Assembly (NCBI RefSeq): GCF_003334315.1
Contig: NZ_QOWR01000029.1
Origin: Escherichia coli
GTDB taxonomy: Bacteria > Pseudomonadota > Gammaproteobacteria > Enterobacterales > Enterobacteriaceae
Length of the DNA stretch: 52,432 bases
Reading direction: 5' to 3' (one strand)
Below the pieces are notes generated by a model that was not told the DNA's origin, did not search any database, and saw only the letters and a list, made by a program, of their open reading frames with translations. Below are positions 42,323 through 52,357 of this stretch, piece by piece. The position numbers were made by a program, and so were the translations under genes. Within the stretch, counting starts at the first letter, position 1. Each line of letters opens with the position of its first letter.

Positions 42323-43452
42323 ACTAAGTGGTCTGCCATCATGGCATCCTGTTTTCTGGATGCCATCGCATAGCGCAACAGCACGCCACCACAAGCCACC
42401 ATCCCGCCGATCAACGCGGAAAGGATCACAATAATCGCCTTACCCGGACCGTCTTTTTTCACTGGCAATGACGGGCTTAACTGATATTTAAACGGCGTAA
42501 AATTCACATCGTTGACATGTGCTTTTGTTAATTGCTCGACAAGATACTGCCGATTACGTAATTCACCGTTCAGTTCCGCAACGTCAGTGACCGCTTTTTC
42601 TATTTCCAGTTTGCGTTCAATACCGTCTGCACCGAGAGAAATAGAAAAATCGAGGTCATCTTTAACGGCCTGACCATTACTGTAAACGGGCTTTTTAATT
42701 CCTGCCGCGTTGGCAATGTCGAGTGAATAATTGAGGCGCTGAATGTTTGCATCAAGTTGATTTTTCGTTTTAATGCGATCCTGAGCCAGTTTTTCTTTTT
42801 CAAACTGGGTTTTGATCTCCAGTTTATTACGGACGTTTTCTAGCGACTCTTTCACCACCAACGTAGAGATATAATCGATATACCCGCTCAAAACGGTCTG
42901 CGCCTCTTCACTGGTTGGCGCGGTAAAACTTAGCGTCCAGGAGGTATACAGTGACGGTTCATCTTTTTTCTTACTGGCATTGTCATCAACCGCTTTCATT
43001 TTTTCGCTCAATGCGACAATTGCGCGATGCAAATCCAGTTCGTCGATTTTCGCCTCTTTTAATTGGTCCATCACATAAGGTGATGAACGCAGGTACTCTT
43101 CCAGCAAGCTAACCGACTGAAACTTCTTGATAAACAGGTTAAATGCTTCTGTACGATCAATTTTGATATCCAGATCCAGCACACGAAGCTTAGTGAATGA
43201 TTTCTCCAACTCTTGCCACTGAACAGGTTCTGGAGGCGTGACAACCGCCGCGCTGGTCCATTTTTGCGGCAGGATGAAAGAGATCAGCAAGCCTGCGCAG
43301 GCAAACGCAAAAACGACCGCCATGACCGTTTTTTTGGCCCGCCATAAAACTGAGATTAGATTAAGTAAATCAATTTCATTATTACTGGGCGACGCCAGAG
43401 GATAATCGGGAAAATGAGCGTCACTTCCCTGTTTAATATTCAGTGATGACAT
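42319..43452 (-). CDS. fepE: Polysaccharide co-polymerase (Wzz-type O-antigen very-long chain length regulator)
   Basis: 377 aa. N- and C-terminal TM helices flank a coiled periplasmic domain. Matches recalled FepE. Its stop overlaps the fepC stop within TTAA. Confidence 0.93.
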   Translation of the reverse strand: MSSLNIKQGSDAHFPDYPLASPSNNEIDLLNLISVLWRAKKTVMAVVFAFACAGLLISFILPQKWTSAAVVTPPEPVQWQELEKSFTKLRVLDLDIKIDRTEAFNLFIKKFQSVSLLEEYLRSSPYVMDQLKEAKIDELDLHRAIVALSEKMKAVDDNASKKKDEPSLYTSWTLSFTAPTSEEAQTVLSGYIDYISTLVVKESLENVRNKLEIKTQFEKEKLAQDRIKTKNQLDANIQRLNYSLDIANAAGIKKPVYSNGQAVKDDLDFSISLGADGIERKLEIEKAVTDVAELNGELRNRQYLVEQLTKAHVNDVNFTPFKYQLSPSLPVKKDGPGKAIIVILSALIGGMVACGGVLLRYAMASRKQDAMMADHLV

Positions 43453-43611
43453 GGGGTATAACCTGAAAATGAGTCCAATAGGGGGAAATCTCCACGGCGC
43501 TCACTTTACCAGTTGGTGATAATTATCCGAAGCTGAAGTTTGTAAATTCCTTCCACTGAATGCAACATTCACTCTATTTAAGAGAAATATTCATCAAACC
43601 TATAAATCAAA

Positions 43612-43651
43612 CAAATAAAAAACCCATAATTATTTTCTGTAATTATGGGTT
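43612..43651 (-). terminator. Rho-independent terminator after entF
   Basis: On the minus strand: aacccataatta-cagaaaa-taattatgggtt followed by ttttt. Confidence 0.75.
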
Positions 43652-43667
43652 TATAAATAATATTAAT

Positions 43668-46600
43668 TTACCTGTTTAGCGTTGCGCGAATAATCGGCCC
43701 AATTTTTTCAAACGTCCCTGGAGAGATAATATCCACATGCGCACAATCCTGACGATAGATATCCAGCTCCGCTATCCACGGCGACCAGGCGCGTTCGGGA
43801 CTCATACCTTCCTGAAGTGTGCGTTCAGCAACAAACAGCGTCGCTTTACCGTCAAACGGTACGCTATGAGCAGTCGTCAGCAGGCGCACAGCATCAGCGT
43901 AGTTGCCTTCAATGGTGGTAAACAACTCCGTTGAAGTACTTCCCTGCTGTGCTGCCAGGAAGGCCTCGCGTTCGCGGTTAATCTCCGCCAGCACTTCCGG
44001 GTCCAGACCATTAGCTTCTTTTTCCTGCCAGTTTTGCGTTTCTGGCGGCCAGGTATCCAGCAAGCCAAGAAATGCCACCTGTTCGCCACGGGCACGCAGT
44101 CGCGCCGCAATACCCTGCGCCAGCGTACCGCCAAGGGAATACCCCAGCAGGTAATAAGGGCCATGCGGTTGTTGTTCAAGTAACGTTGCCAGATGCGCTT
44201 CGCAGACTTCATCCAGGTTTGCCGCCGTCTGCATGGGGCCATTGGGGCGCGGTGACTGAATGCCGATAATCGACCATTGTGGATCGAGATAACGCGAGAG
44301 CACGCTGAACTGCCAGGCAAAACCGGACGCAGGATGGAAACAAAACAGCGTCGGGCCATTACCTTCACGCAACAGCAGAATGGTTTCGAATCCCATACGC
44401 CGGGTGCTGTCTTCTTCAGCATCAATAATCGTTGCCAGTTTGGCGACAGTTGACGCGACCATCACTTGCCCCGGCGTCACCTGGCGGGCAACCTGCCGAC
44501 TTAACTGCGCTGCCAGTTTCATTGCCAGTAGCGAATGACCGCCAAGCGCGAAGAAATCAGCATCGGCATCCTGCACGTCACACCCCAGCAACGACGAGAA
44601 TGCCGCGGCGATAATCGTTTCACTGCCCGCTTTCGGCGCACGCCCTGGCGCTTGTGCCTTCAGTTCAGGCAACGGTAAGGCTTTGCGATCCAGCTTGCCG
44701 TTGGCGCTAAGTGGTAACTGTGGAAGTTGCAGCAGAACCACCGGTACCATATGTGGTGGCAATGTTTCACGAAGCTGCGCCTGCAATGCGCTGGTATCCA
44801 ACGGCAGGCCCGATTGCGACACCAGATAGCCCACCAATTGACGCGCATCACCACCGGTGGCAGCCGCCTGGTTAATCACACAGGCGTGGGTAACGGCTTG
44901 TTCGACATCCGGCAGCGCCTGCATCACGCGATCGATTTCGCCCAGTTCGATACGCTGCCCGCGAATTTTTAGCTGATCATCACTGCGCCCGAGGTACTCC
45001 ACCGCGCCGTTATCCAGCCAGCGGGCAACGTCTCCGGTACGGTACATCCGTTCACCTGGGGCAAAAGGATCGGCAATAAAGCGGCTGGCGGTCAGATCGG
45101 GGCGTCCGAGATAGCCCTGCGCCAGTTGAATGCCAGTGAGATAGAGATCACCCGCCACACCCGGCGGCACCGGATGCATCATCGCATCAAGAATACGCAG
45201 ACCCGTATTCCATACCGGATAACCAATCGGCACACTGCTGCCGCGCACCTGTGCCAGTTCCTCGCCAAAAGCCGGATACCAGCTGACATCTACCGCCGCT
45301 TCCGTCGGGCCATATAGATTATGCAACGGCGCGCCAGTTAACTGTTGCCATTCGCGGCATAAATCAGCCGGTAAGGCCTCACCACTACAGAAAACCTGTT
45401 TCAACGTCGCGCAACTCTGGCGAGCGGTTTGCGGCGTCAGCGAGGCAACAAATGCCGCCAGCATCGACGGCACAAAGTGCGTGGTCGTTACGCCATATTC
45501 GGCAAAGAATTGCTGCATAGCGAGCGGGTCGCGGTGCGCTTCCGGTTCAGCCATCACCAGTTTTGCCCCTGCGATAAACGGCCAGAAAAACTCCCACACC
45601 GAGACATCAAAACTGCACGGCGTTTTTTGGGCAACGACATCTTCGCCTGTAAGCGGATAATGATTTTGCATCCAAAGCAGGCGGTTGACGATAGCCGTCT
45701 GCCCGACCATTACCCCTTTCGGCCTGCCGGTGGAGCCAGAGGTAAAGATGATATAAGCCGTGTGATGCGGTTGTGAAAGTTGCAGCGGCGCACTGCCCTG
45801 CGGTGTAAGCGGGGCGTTATAGCAAAGGCTTGTTAAATTGGGAACATCGCTAAAGCGCGGCAGTTGATCGTCGGTGGTAATTAACAGCGACGGACGCGCA
45901 TCTTCCAGCATCATTTTCAGGCGATCGTCCGGATAGCCGGTATCCAGCGGTAGCCAGGCCGCTCCAGCTTCAACTATCGCATGGAGTGCCAGGGTCAAAA
46001 AGACCGAGCGCGGTAGTGCCACCGCCACGCTGTCCCCTGGTTTAACGCCGCGCTCACGCAGCAGATTCGCCAGCGCCACCACCTGCTCGCGCATTTCCCG
46101 ATAGCTGAACAGGTAACGCGCATCTGCCAGCGCCGGAGCATCCGGTGTTTTTGCCGCTTGTTCTGCCACCAGCGCGCTAAGCGTGGTTTCTGGAATCTCA
46201 ACCTGAGTGGCGTTGAGCTGCGCCAGCTGCGCATACTCACCTGGCAGCATAATATCGACATCGCCGCACAACAGCGCCGGATCCGCGGCGAACTGGGCAA
46301 TCAGCATTTTCAGGCGTTCAGCATGCTGGATTAACGTTGGCTCATCGTAACGCTGTTTATTGGCGAGGATCTCAATACTCAAATCACCGTGTACATCCGG
46401 GAACAGGGCCAGTTCAAGGTCATTAACCGGACCGGTTGCCAGGGTATGGGTTTGCGCCTGAACATCAGGAATATCCAGTTGGTAATCAAATACCTTGATA
46501 TTGAGTACCGGACCAAACAGCGGTTCATCACCTGCCGCTCGCCCGCTGTCACGGACAATTTGTTCGGCATCGTAACGTTGATGACGACGCATTTTTTTCA

Positions 46601-47549
46601 GTTGTGCTGCCAGTCGGGTTGCCAGTTCCGGCAGCGTTTCTTGCGCCGCAATGTGAATACCCAACGGCAAAACGTTGAGCACGGGTCCGGTAGCCGTCAG
46701 CGCCGCCGAGCCCAGTCGACGCATAAAGATAAATCCGGCGGCGTAGTCCATACGATTGCACAATCGCCCCAGCCACAAGGCTGCCAGCGCAAGGGCTAAA
46801 TCGGTACGCTGCACACCTGAAAGTTGCGTAGCCAGCTGGCGGAATTCCCCGTCGGTAAATTCCAGTTTCAGGCGCAGAATATCTGCCGAGGCGCTGCGCC
46901 CCGGTAAAGGTGCCGGAGAAAGTGACGCGGGCGGCGGCAGTTGACGACGCTGTTCTGCCCAGAATGCCGCATCACGCTGCCAGGCTTCGCTTTCGCGGTA
47001 TTGCTGGTACTCTTCCACTACATCAGCGAAAGGCGTAAATGGCGAAGCAGGCGTTGGTTCGCCACGCAGCCATGTGCAGTAAATATTGGCGATCTGGCGG
47101 GTAATGGCCGGGAAACTAAAGCCATCGACCAGCAAATGGTGATAACGCTGATACCAGTACCAGCGGTTATCCGCCACCTGTATCAGCTGATGAAAGACCA
47201 GTGGTTTACCGCTATCGACGCGCAGATCTTGTTGCAAATCCGCCTGCATTAATGCCTGCGCAGTACCGTGCGGATCAATGTTGGTTCGTAGGTCGATAAT
47301 TTCTGGCAGTTCGAACGTCAGCGCATCATCGACCCACTGCCAGACTTCGCCGTTATCTTCCGTAAAACGCATCCGCAGCGTATCTGCTTGCGCTAGTCCG
47401 GCAACCACCGCGCGGGCCAGTAATGGCGAATCAACCTCTCCGGTTAACTCAACGTAATGCGCCACGCTCCAGGCGGAGGGTAATTCTGACAGTTTTTCTG
47501 CCATCCAGATGCCGGGCTGTGCGGCGACCAAAGGTAAATGCTGGCTCAT
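43668..47549 (-). CDS. entF: Enterobactin NRPS component F (C-A-T-TE, serine activating)
   Basis: 1293 aa from MSQHLPLVAAQPGIWMAE. Motifs HHLLVDGFS (C), SGSTGRPKG (A), FFALGGHSL (T), GYSLGG (TE). ATGA overlap with the ybdZ stop. The 46-codon extension was rejected. Confidence 0.96.
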   Translation of the reverse strand: MSQHLPLVAAQPGIWMAEKLSELPSAWSVAHYVELTGEVDSPLLARAVVAGLAQADTLRMRFTEDNGEVWQWVDDALTFELPEIIDLRTNIDPHGTAQALMQADLQQDLRVDSGKPLVFHQLIQVADNRWYWYQRYHHLLVDGFSFPAITRQIANIYCTWLRGEPTPASPFTPFADVVEEYQQYRESEAWQRDAAFWAEQRRQLPPPASLSPAPLPGRSASADILRLKLEFTDGEFRQLATQLSGVQRTDLALALAALWLGRLCNRMDYAAGFIFMRRLGSAALTATGPVLNVLPLGIHIAAQETLPELATRLAAQLKKMRRHQRYDAEQIVRDSGRAAGDEPLFGPVLNIKVFDYQLDIPDVQAQTHTLATGPVNDLELALFPDVHGDLSIEILANKQRYDEPTLIQHAERLKMLIAQFAADPALLCGDVDIMLPGEYAQLAQLNATQVEIPETTLSALVAEQAAKTPDAPALADARYLFSYREMREQVVALANLLRERGVKPGDSVAVALPRSVFLTLALHAIVEAGAAWLPLDTGYPDDRLKMMLEDARPSLLITTDDQLPRFSDVPNLTSLCYNAPLTPQGSAPLQLSQPHHTAYIIFTSGSTGRPKGVMVGQTAIVNRLLWMQNHYPLTGEDVVAQKTPCSFDVSVWEFFWPFIAGAKLVMAEPEAHRDPLAMQQFFAEYGVTTTHFVPSMLAAFVASLTPQTARQSCATLKQVFCSGEALPADLCREWQQLTGAPLHNLYGPTEAAVDVSWYPAFGEELAQVRGSSVPIGYPVWNTGLRILDAMMHPVPPGVAGDLYLTGIQLAQGYLGRPDLTASRFIADPFAPGERMYRTGDVARWLDNGAVEYLGRSDDQLKIRGQRIELGEIDRVMQALPDVEQAVTHACVINQAAATGGDARQLVGYLVSQSGLPLDTSALQAQLRETLPPHMVPVVLLQLPQLPLSANGKLDRKALPLPELKAQAPGRAPKAGSETIIAAAFSSLLGCDVQDADADFFALGGHSLLAMKLAAQLSRQVARQVTPGQVMVASTVAKLATIIDAEEDSTRRMGFETILLLREGNGPTLFCFHPASGFAWQFSVLSRYLDPQWSIIGIQSPRPNGPMQTAANLDEVCEAHLATLLEQQPHGPYYLLGYSLGGTLAQGIAARLRARGEQVAFLGLLDTWPPETQNWQEKEANGLDPEVLAEINREREAFLAAQQGSTSTELFTTIEGNYADAVRLLTTAHSVPFDGKATLFVAERTLQEGMSPERAWSPWIAELDIYRQDCAHVDIISPGTFEKIGPIIRATLNR

Positions 47550-47764
47550 TGTGCCTCCTGCAACTGGGTAAAATTCGTCGGTGTCAGAGTACGCCAGTGG
47601 GCTTCCAGCCACTGCTGGCAGGACGCCTGTGACTGCGGCTGACACACAATGTCCCAGCCTGCCGGTAAGACGCATTGTTGCGGCCACAGACTGAATTGCC
47701 CCTGCGCATTGCGCAATATGTAAAACGCTCCCTGCGGATCATCGAAGGGATTACTGAATGCCAT
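47546..47764 (-). CDS. ybdZ: MbtH-like protein, EntF partner
   Basis: 72 aa from MAFSNPFDDPQGAFYILRNAQGQFSLWP, an MbtH signature. Confidence 0.94.
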   Translation of the reverse strand: MAFSNPFDDPQGAFYILRNAQGQFSLWPQQCVLPAGWDIVCQPQSQASCQQWLEAHWRTLTPTNFTQLQEAQ

Positions 47765-47766
47765 AT

Positions 47767-48969
47767 TCAACTCCTGTCATGGAAAAGTGGTTGCCAGAGG
47801 TCGATTAGCCCCTGCATCAAGCCACCGCGCCAACAAAGCGCATCATGTCCGCCGTCAACCTGACGCCAGAAAATGGATTCTTTTATGGGGTGTAATTGCG
47901 CATACAGCGCCTGATTGGCCCGCATGATCATCGGCTCGCGAATACCCGCTTCCAGCACAATGCGCAGACCTTCGGCGCTAACTTCACCAGCTTTTAGCTT
48001 TTCAAGTAACACGCCCTCTTGCTGCCCGCCCCGATGCGGCCACCAGTACGATCCTGACTGGCTTAATACACAGCCAAAGCGTTCAGGCCAGTGCAGTCCG
48101 GCATACAGCGCGGAAAGCCCACCAAAACTCTGCCCGGCAACCACGGTGCGATCGGCACGATCGCTAAAAGGGGCAATAGCTTTCACCAGGGGTAATAACT
48201 CTTGCTGTACTGCGAGCCAGAAATCCGCATTACACGGCAGTTCGTGGGCGCGGTGCGTGGTGTCGATAGCGTCGATCAACACATACACGGCGGGAGGAAG
48301 TTGCTGACGATGGGTCAGCGAAGTCAGCACTGGCCAGACGGGCATACTTTGCGCCCAAAATTCGCCATCGAGCAAAACTGCCAGCGGGCGTTCTTCTGCT
48401 GTTGCATCGCCGGTGGTAAAAATCCATACACGCCGTGACTTTTTCAACCGTTCACTTTTCCAGATAATTTCTTTGGCAGGTATTTCTGGCGCTTGCGGAC
48501 AATCCCATCCCGGTTGCAGAGGCGCTTGCGGCATTTCGAGTGCAGAAACAGCGTGCCCTCGCCCGCCTTTCCAGCTTTGTAGGTTCAGCGGATCGGCTAT
48601 CGCCTGGGGTAATAGTTTTCGCCAGCCTTCGCGCAATTCGAGGCGATCGGGGGATGGTACAGAAAAAATGTCATCGCGTTCGGTGGGAATAAAGCAGTAG
48701 CTGCCGCGCCAGTTGGCATTGAGTTGTGTCGTCCACTGCCAGACGTTAGTGCCTGCAATTCGCTGCATCGACTGGGGCTGGCTGTTCTGATGGTGATCGG
48801 TCACACCAGTGATGTAGACCCATACGCGCTTTATCGTCGAGTATTCTTCAGAACCTTGGGGATCACGCCACCAGAAAGTGACCTCAAACATTTCGTCATT
48901 CAGACGCTGCCATTCCGGGCCATGTTTCGACTGCCACCAGCTCTCACTTCCTACTTTTAACGCCGTCAC
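47767..48969 (-). CDS. fes: Ferric enterobactin esterase
   Basis: 400 aa with GTG start. GQSFGG serine-esterase motif. Matches recalled Fes. Confidence 0.93.
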   Translation of the reverse strand: MTALKVGSESWWQSKHGPEWQRLNDEMFEVTFWWRDPQGSEEYSTIKRVWVYITGVTDHHQNSQPQSMQRIAGTNVWQWTTQLNANWRGSYCFIPTERDDIFSVPSPDRLELREGWRKLLPQAIADPLNLQSWKGGRGHAVSALEMPQAPLQPGWDCPQAPEIPAKEIIWKSERLKKSRRVWIFTTGDATAEERPLAVLLDGEFWAQSMPVWPVLTSLTHRQQLPPAVYVLIDAIDTTHRAHELPCNADFWLAVQQELLPLVKAIAPFSDRADRTVVAGQSFGGLSALYAGLHWPERFGCVLSQSGSYWWPHRGGQQEGVLLEKLKAGEVSAEGLRIVLEAGIREPMIMRANQALYAQLHPIKESIFWRQVDGGHDALCWRGGLMQGLIDLWQPLFHDRS

Positions 48970-49011
48970 ACCATAACCCCATGTTTACTGTGCAATTTTT
49001 CATTGATTGCA

Positions 49012-49050
49012 GAAATATATTGATAATATTATTGATAACTATTTGCATTT
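49012..49050. promoter_or_regulatory. Fur-binding region of the divergent fes / fepA promoters
   Basis: atatattgataatattattgataactatttgc contains repeated GATAAT-like hexamers. Confidence 0.75.
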
Positions 49051-49211
49051 GCAATAGCGTAATGGCGCGCCGTGGGAAGCGCGGACATTAATTAACCAAC
49101 TGCACTGCGTGTCTTTCAGGATCAAAGGTTTTCGCGGTAGCGGGATGCGTCGTGTTGATGACGACCATGCCCGACAGTTGCAATTCGTGGCAAAAATGCA
49201 GGAATAAAACA

Positions 49212-51452
49212 ATGAACAAGAAGATTCATTCCCTGGCCTTGTTGGTCAATCTGGGGATTTATGGGGTAGCGCAGGCACAAGAGCCGACCGATACTCCTGT
49301 TTCACATGACGATACTATTGTCGTTACCGCCGCCGAGCAGAACTTACAGGCGCCTGGCGTTTCGACCATCACCGCAGATGAAATCCGCAAAAACCCGGTT
49401 GCCCGCGATGTGTCGGAGATCATCCGTACCATGCCAGGCGTTAACCTGACCGGTAACTCCACCAGTGGTCAGCGTGGGAATAACCGACAGATTGATATTC
49501 GCGGTATGGGTCCGGAAAACACGCTGATTTTGATTGACGGCAAGCCGGTAAGCAGCCGTAACTCGGTGCGTCAGGGCTGGCGTGGCGAGCGCGATACCCG
49601 TGGTGATACTTCCTGGGTGCCACCTGAAATGATTGAACGTATTGAAGTTCTGCGTGGTCCGGCAGCTGCGCGTTATGGCAACGGCGCGGCGGGCGGCGTG
49701 GTTAACATCATTACCAAAAAAGGCAGCGGCGAGTGGCACGGCTCCTGGGACGCATATTTCAATGCGCCAGAACATAAAGAGGAAGGTGCCACCAAACGCA
49801 CTAACTTTAGCCTGACCGGTCCGCTGGGCGACGAATTCAGCTTCCGTTTGTATGGCAACCTCGACAAAACCCAGGCTGACGCGTGGGATATCAACCAGGG
49901 CCATCAGTCCGCGCGTGCCGGAACGTATGCCACGACGTTACCAGCCGGGCGCGAAGGGGTAATCAACAAAGATATTAATGGCGTGGTGCGCTGGGATTTC
50001 GCGCCATTGCAATCGCTGGAACTGGAAGCAGGTTACAGCCGCCAGGGTAACCTGTATGCGGGCGACACCCAGAATACCAACTCCGATTCCTATACCCGCT
50101 CGAAATATGGCGATGAAACCAACCGTCTGTATCGCCAGAACTACGCGCTGACCTGGAACGGTGGCTGGGATAACGGCGTGACCACCAGCAACTGGGTGCA
50201 GTACGAACACACCCGTAACTCGCGTATTCCGGAAGGTCTGGCGGGCGGTACCGAAGGGAAATTTAACGAAAAAGCGACACAGGATTTCGTCGATATCGAT
50301 CTTGATGACGTGATGCTGCACAGCGAAGTTAACCTGCCGATTGATTTCCTCGTTAACCAGACGCTGACGCTGGGTACGGAGTGGAATCAGCAACGGATGA
50401 AGGACTTAAGTTCCAACACCCAGGCACTGACCGGAACGAATACCGGTGGCGCTATTGATGGCGTGAGTACCACCGACCGTAGCCCGTATTCAAAAGCAGA
50501 AATTTTCTCGCTGTTTGCCGAAAACAACATGGAGCTGACTGACAGCACCATCGTAACGCCGGGGCTGCGTTTCGATCATCACAGTATTGTCGGCAATAAC
50601 TGGAGCCCGGCGCTGAACATATCGCAAGGTTTAGGCGATGACTTCACGCTGAAAATGGGCATCGCCCGTGCTTATAAAGCGCCGAGCCTGTACCAGACTA
50701 ACCCGAACTACATTCTCTACAGTAAAGGTCAGGGTTGCTATGCCAGCGCGGGCGGCTGCTATCTGCAAGGTAACGATGACCTGAAAGCAGAAACCAGCAT
50801 CAACAAAGAGATTGGTCTGGAGTTCAAACGCGACGGGTGGCTGGCGGGCGTCACCTGGTTCCGTAACGATTATCGCAATAAGATTGAAGCGGGCTATGTG
50901 GCTGTAGGGCAAAACGCAGTCGGCACCGATCTCTATCAGTGGGATAACGTGCCGAAAGCGGTGGTTGAAGGTCTGGAAGGATCGTTAAACGTACCGGTTA
51001 GCGAAACGGTGATGTGGACCAATAACATCACTTATATGCTGAAGAGTGAAAACAAAACCACGGGCGACCGTTTGTCGATCATCCCGGAGTATACGTTGAA
51101 CTCAACGCTGAGCTGGCAGGCACGGGAAGATTTGTCGATGCAAACGACCTTCACCTGGTACGGCAAGCAGCAGCCGAAGAAGTACAACTATAAAGGTCAG
51201 CCAGCGGTTGGACCGGAAACCAAAGAAATTAGTCCTTACAGCATTGTTGGCCTGAGCGCGACCTGGGATGTGACGAAGAATGTCAGTCTGACCGGCGGCG
51301 TGGACAATCTGTTCGACAAACGTTTGTGGCGTGCGGGTAATGCCCAGACCACGGGCGATTTGGCAGGGGCCAACTATATCGCCGGTGCCGGGGCGTATAC
51401 CTATAACGAGCCGGGACGTACGTGGTATATGAGCGTAAACACCCACTTCTGA
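49212..51452 (+). CDS. fepA: TonB-dependent ferric-enterobactin outer-membrane receptor
   Basis: 746 aa from MNKKIHSLALLVNLGIYGVAQA signal peptide. TonB box DTIVVTA, C-terminal ...YMSVNTHF. The 20-codon extension was rejected. Confidence 0.96.
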   Translation: MNKKIHSLALLVNLGIYGVAQAQEPTDTPVSHDDTIVVTAAEQNLQAPGVSTITADEIRKNPVARDVSEIIRTMPGVNLTGNSTSGQRGNNRQIDIRGMGPENTLILIDGKPVSSRNSVRQGWRGERDTRGDTSWVPPEMIERIEVLRGPAAARYGNGAAGGVVNIITKKGSGEWHGSWDAYFNAPEHKEEGATKRTNFSLTGPLGDEFSFRLYGNLDKTQADAWDINQGHQSARAGTYATTLPAGREGVINKDINGVVRWDFAPLQSLELEAGYSRQGNLYAGDTQNTNSDSYTRSKYGDETNRLYRQNYALTWNGGWDNGVTTSNWVQYEHTRNSRIPEGLAGGTEGKFNEKATQDFVDIDLDDVMLHSEVNLPIDFLVNQTLTLGTEWNQQRMKDLSSNTQALTGTNTGGAIDGVSTTDRSPYSKAEIFSLFAENNMELTDSTIVTPGLRFDHHSIVGNNWSPALNISQGLGDDFTLKMGIARAYKAPSLYQTNPNYILYSKGQGCYASAGGCYLQGNDDLKAETSINKEIGLEFKRDGWLAGVTWFRNDYRNKIEAGYVAVGQNAVGTDLYQWDNVPKAVVEGLEGSLNVPVSETVMWTNNITYMLKSENKTTGDRLSIIPEYTLNSTLSWQAREDLSMQTTFTWYGKQQPKKYNYKGQPAVGPETKEISPYSIVGLSATWDVTKNVSLTGGVDNLFDKRLWRAGNAQTTGDLAGANYIAGAGAYTYNEPGRTWYMSVNTHF

Positions 51453-51490
51453 TGCTAACGTCAGATTGTTGACAAAGTGCGCGTCGTTCA

Positions 51491-51590
51491 TGCCGGATGC
51501 GGCGTGAACGCCTTATCCGGCCTACAAAAATCTTGCCAATTCAATATATTGCAGGACCATGTAGGCCTGATAAGCGTAGCGCATCAGGCA
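51491..51590. repeat. BIME: two inverted REP units
   Basis: tgccggatgcggcgtgaacgccttatccggcctac (51491-51525) and gtaggcctgataagcgtagcgcatcaggca (51561-51590). Confidence 0.88.
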
Positions 51591-51626
51591 GTTTTGCGTT
51601 TGTCATCAGTCTCGAATATGGTCGAT

Positions 51627-52247
51627 ATGAAAACTACGCATACCTCCCTCCCCTTTGCCGGACATACGCTGCATTTTGTTGAGTTCGATCCGGCGAATTT
51701 TTGTGAGCAGGATTTACTCTGGCTGCCGCACTACGCACAACTGCAACACGCTGGACGTAAACGTAAAACAGAGCATTTAGCCGGACGGATCGCTGCTGTT
51801 TATGCTTTGCGGGAATATGGCTATAAATGTGTGCCCGCAATCGGCGAGCTACGCCAACCTGTCTGGCCTGCGGAGGTATACGGCAGTATTAGCCACTGTG
51901 GGACTACGGCATTAGCCGTGGTATCTCGTCAACCGATTGGCGTTGATATCGAAGAAATTTTTTCTGTACAAACCGCAAGAGAATTGACAGACAACATTAT
52001 TACACCAGCGGAACACGAGCGACTCGCAGACTGCGGTTTAGCCTTTTCTCTGGCGCTGACACTGGCATTTTCCGCCAAAGAGAGCGCATTTAAGGCAAGT
52101 GAGATCCAAACTGATGCAGGTTTTCTGGACTATCAGATAATTAGCTGGAATAAACAGCAGGTCATCATTCATCGTGAGAATGAGATGTTTGCTGTGCACT
52201 GGCAGATAAAAGAAAAGATAGTCATAACGCTGTGCCAACACGATTAA
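51627..52247 (+). CDS. entD: Enterobactin synthase 4'-phosphopantetheinyl transferase
   Basis: 206 aa from MKTTHTSLPFAG. PPTase motifs GVDIEE and FSAKESAFK. The longer track ORF runs through the BIME and was rejected. An alternative start is at 51618. Confidence 0.92.
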   Translation: MKTTHTSLPFAGHTLHFVEFDPANFCEQDLLWLPHYAQLQHAGRKRKTEHLAGRIAAVYALREYGYKCVPAIGELRQPVWPAEVYGSISHCGTTALAVVSRQPIGVDIEEIFSVQTARELTDNIITPAEHERLADCGLAFSLALTLAFSAKESAFKASEIQTDAGFLDYQIISWNKQQVIIHRENEMFAVHWQIKEKIVITLCQHD

Positions 52248-52357
52248 TTGACAACATCTGGTACGATTCGCCCGCAGCCATCACTGACCACGGGCGAAAG
52301 TGTAAAGCAGGTGCCTTACCATCCTGACCTGACAACCGGATATGCGGGGATTACTCC

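Noticed and set aside
51477-51626. N-terminal extensions offered by the ORF track. Affected genes are entD through the BIME, entF +46 aa, fepA +20 aa, dpiB +20 aa, citC +29 aa, citF +14 aa, ahpF +10 aa, dsbG +20 aa, fepC +47 aa, entA +11 aa, pagP +8 aa, rna +6 aa and cspE +10 aa.
   Set aside because: The extensions run through repeats, upstream genes or regulatory DNA and lack SD sequences. The internal starts give ATGA-type coupling, signal peptides at the true N-terminus, and lengths matching the recalled K-12 proteins.
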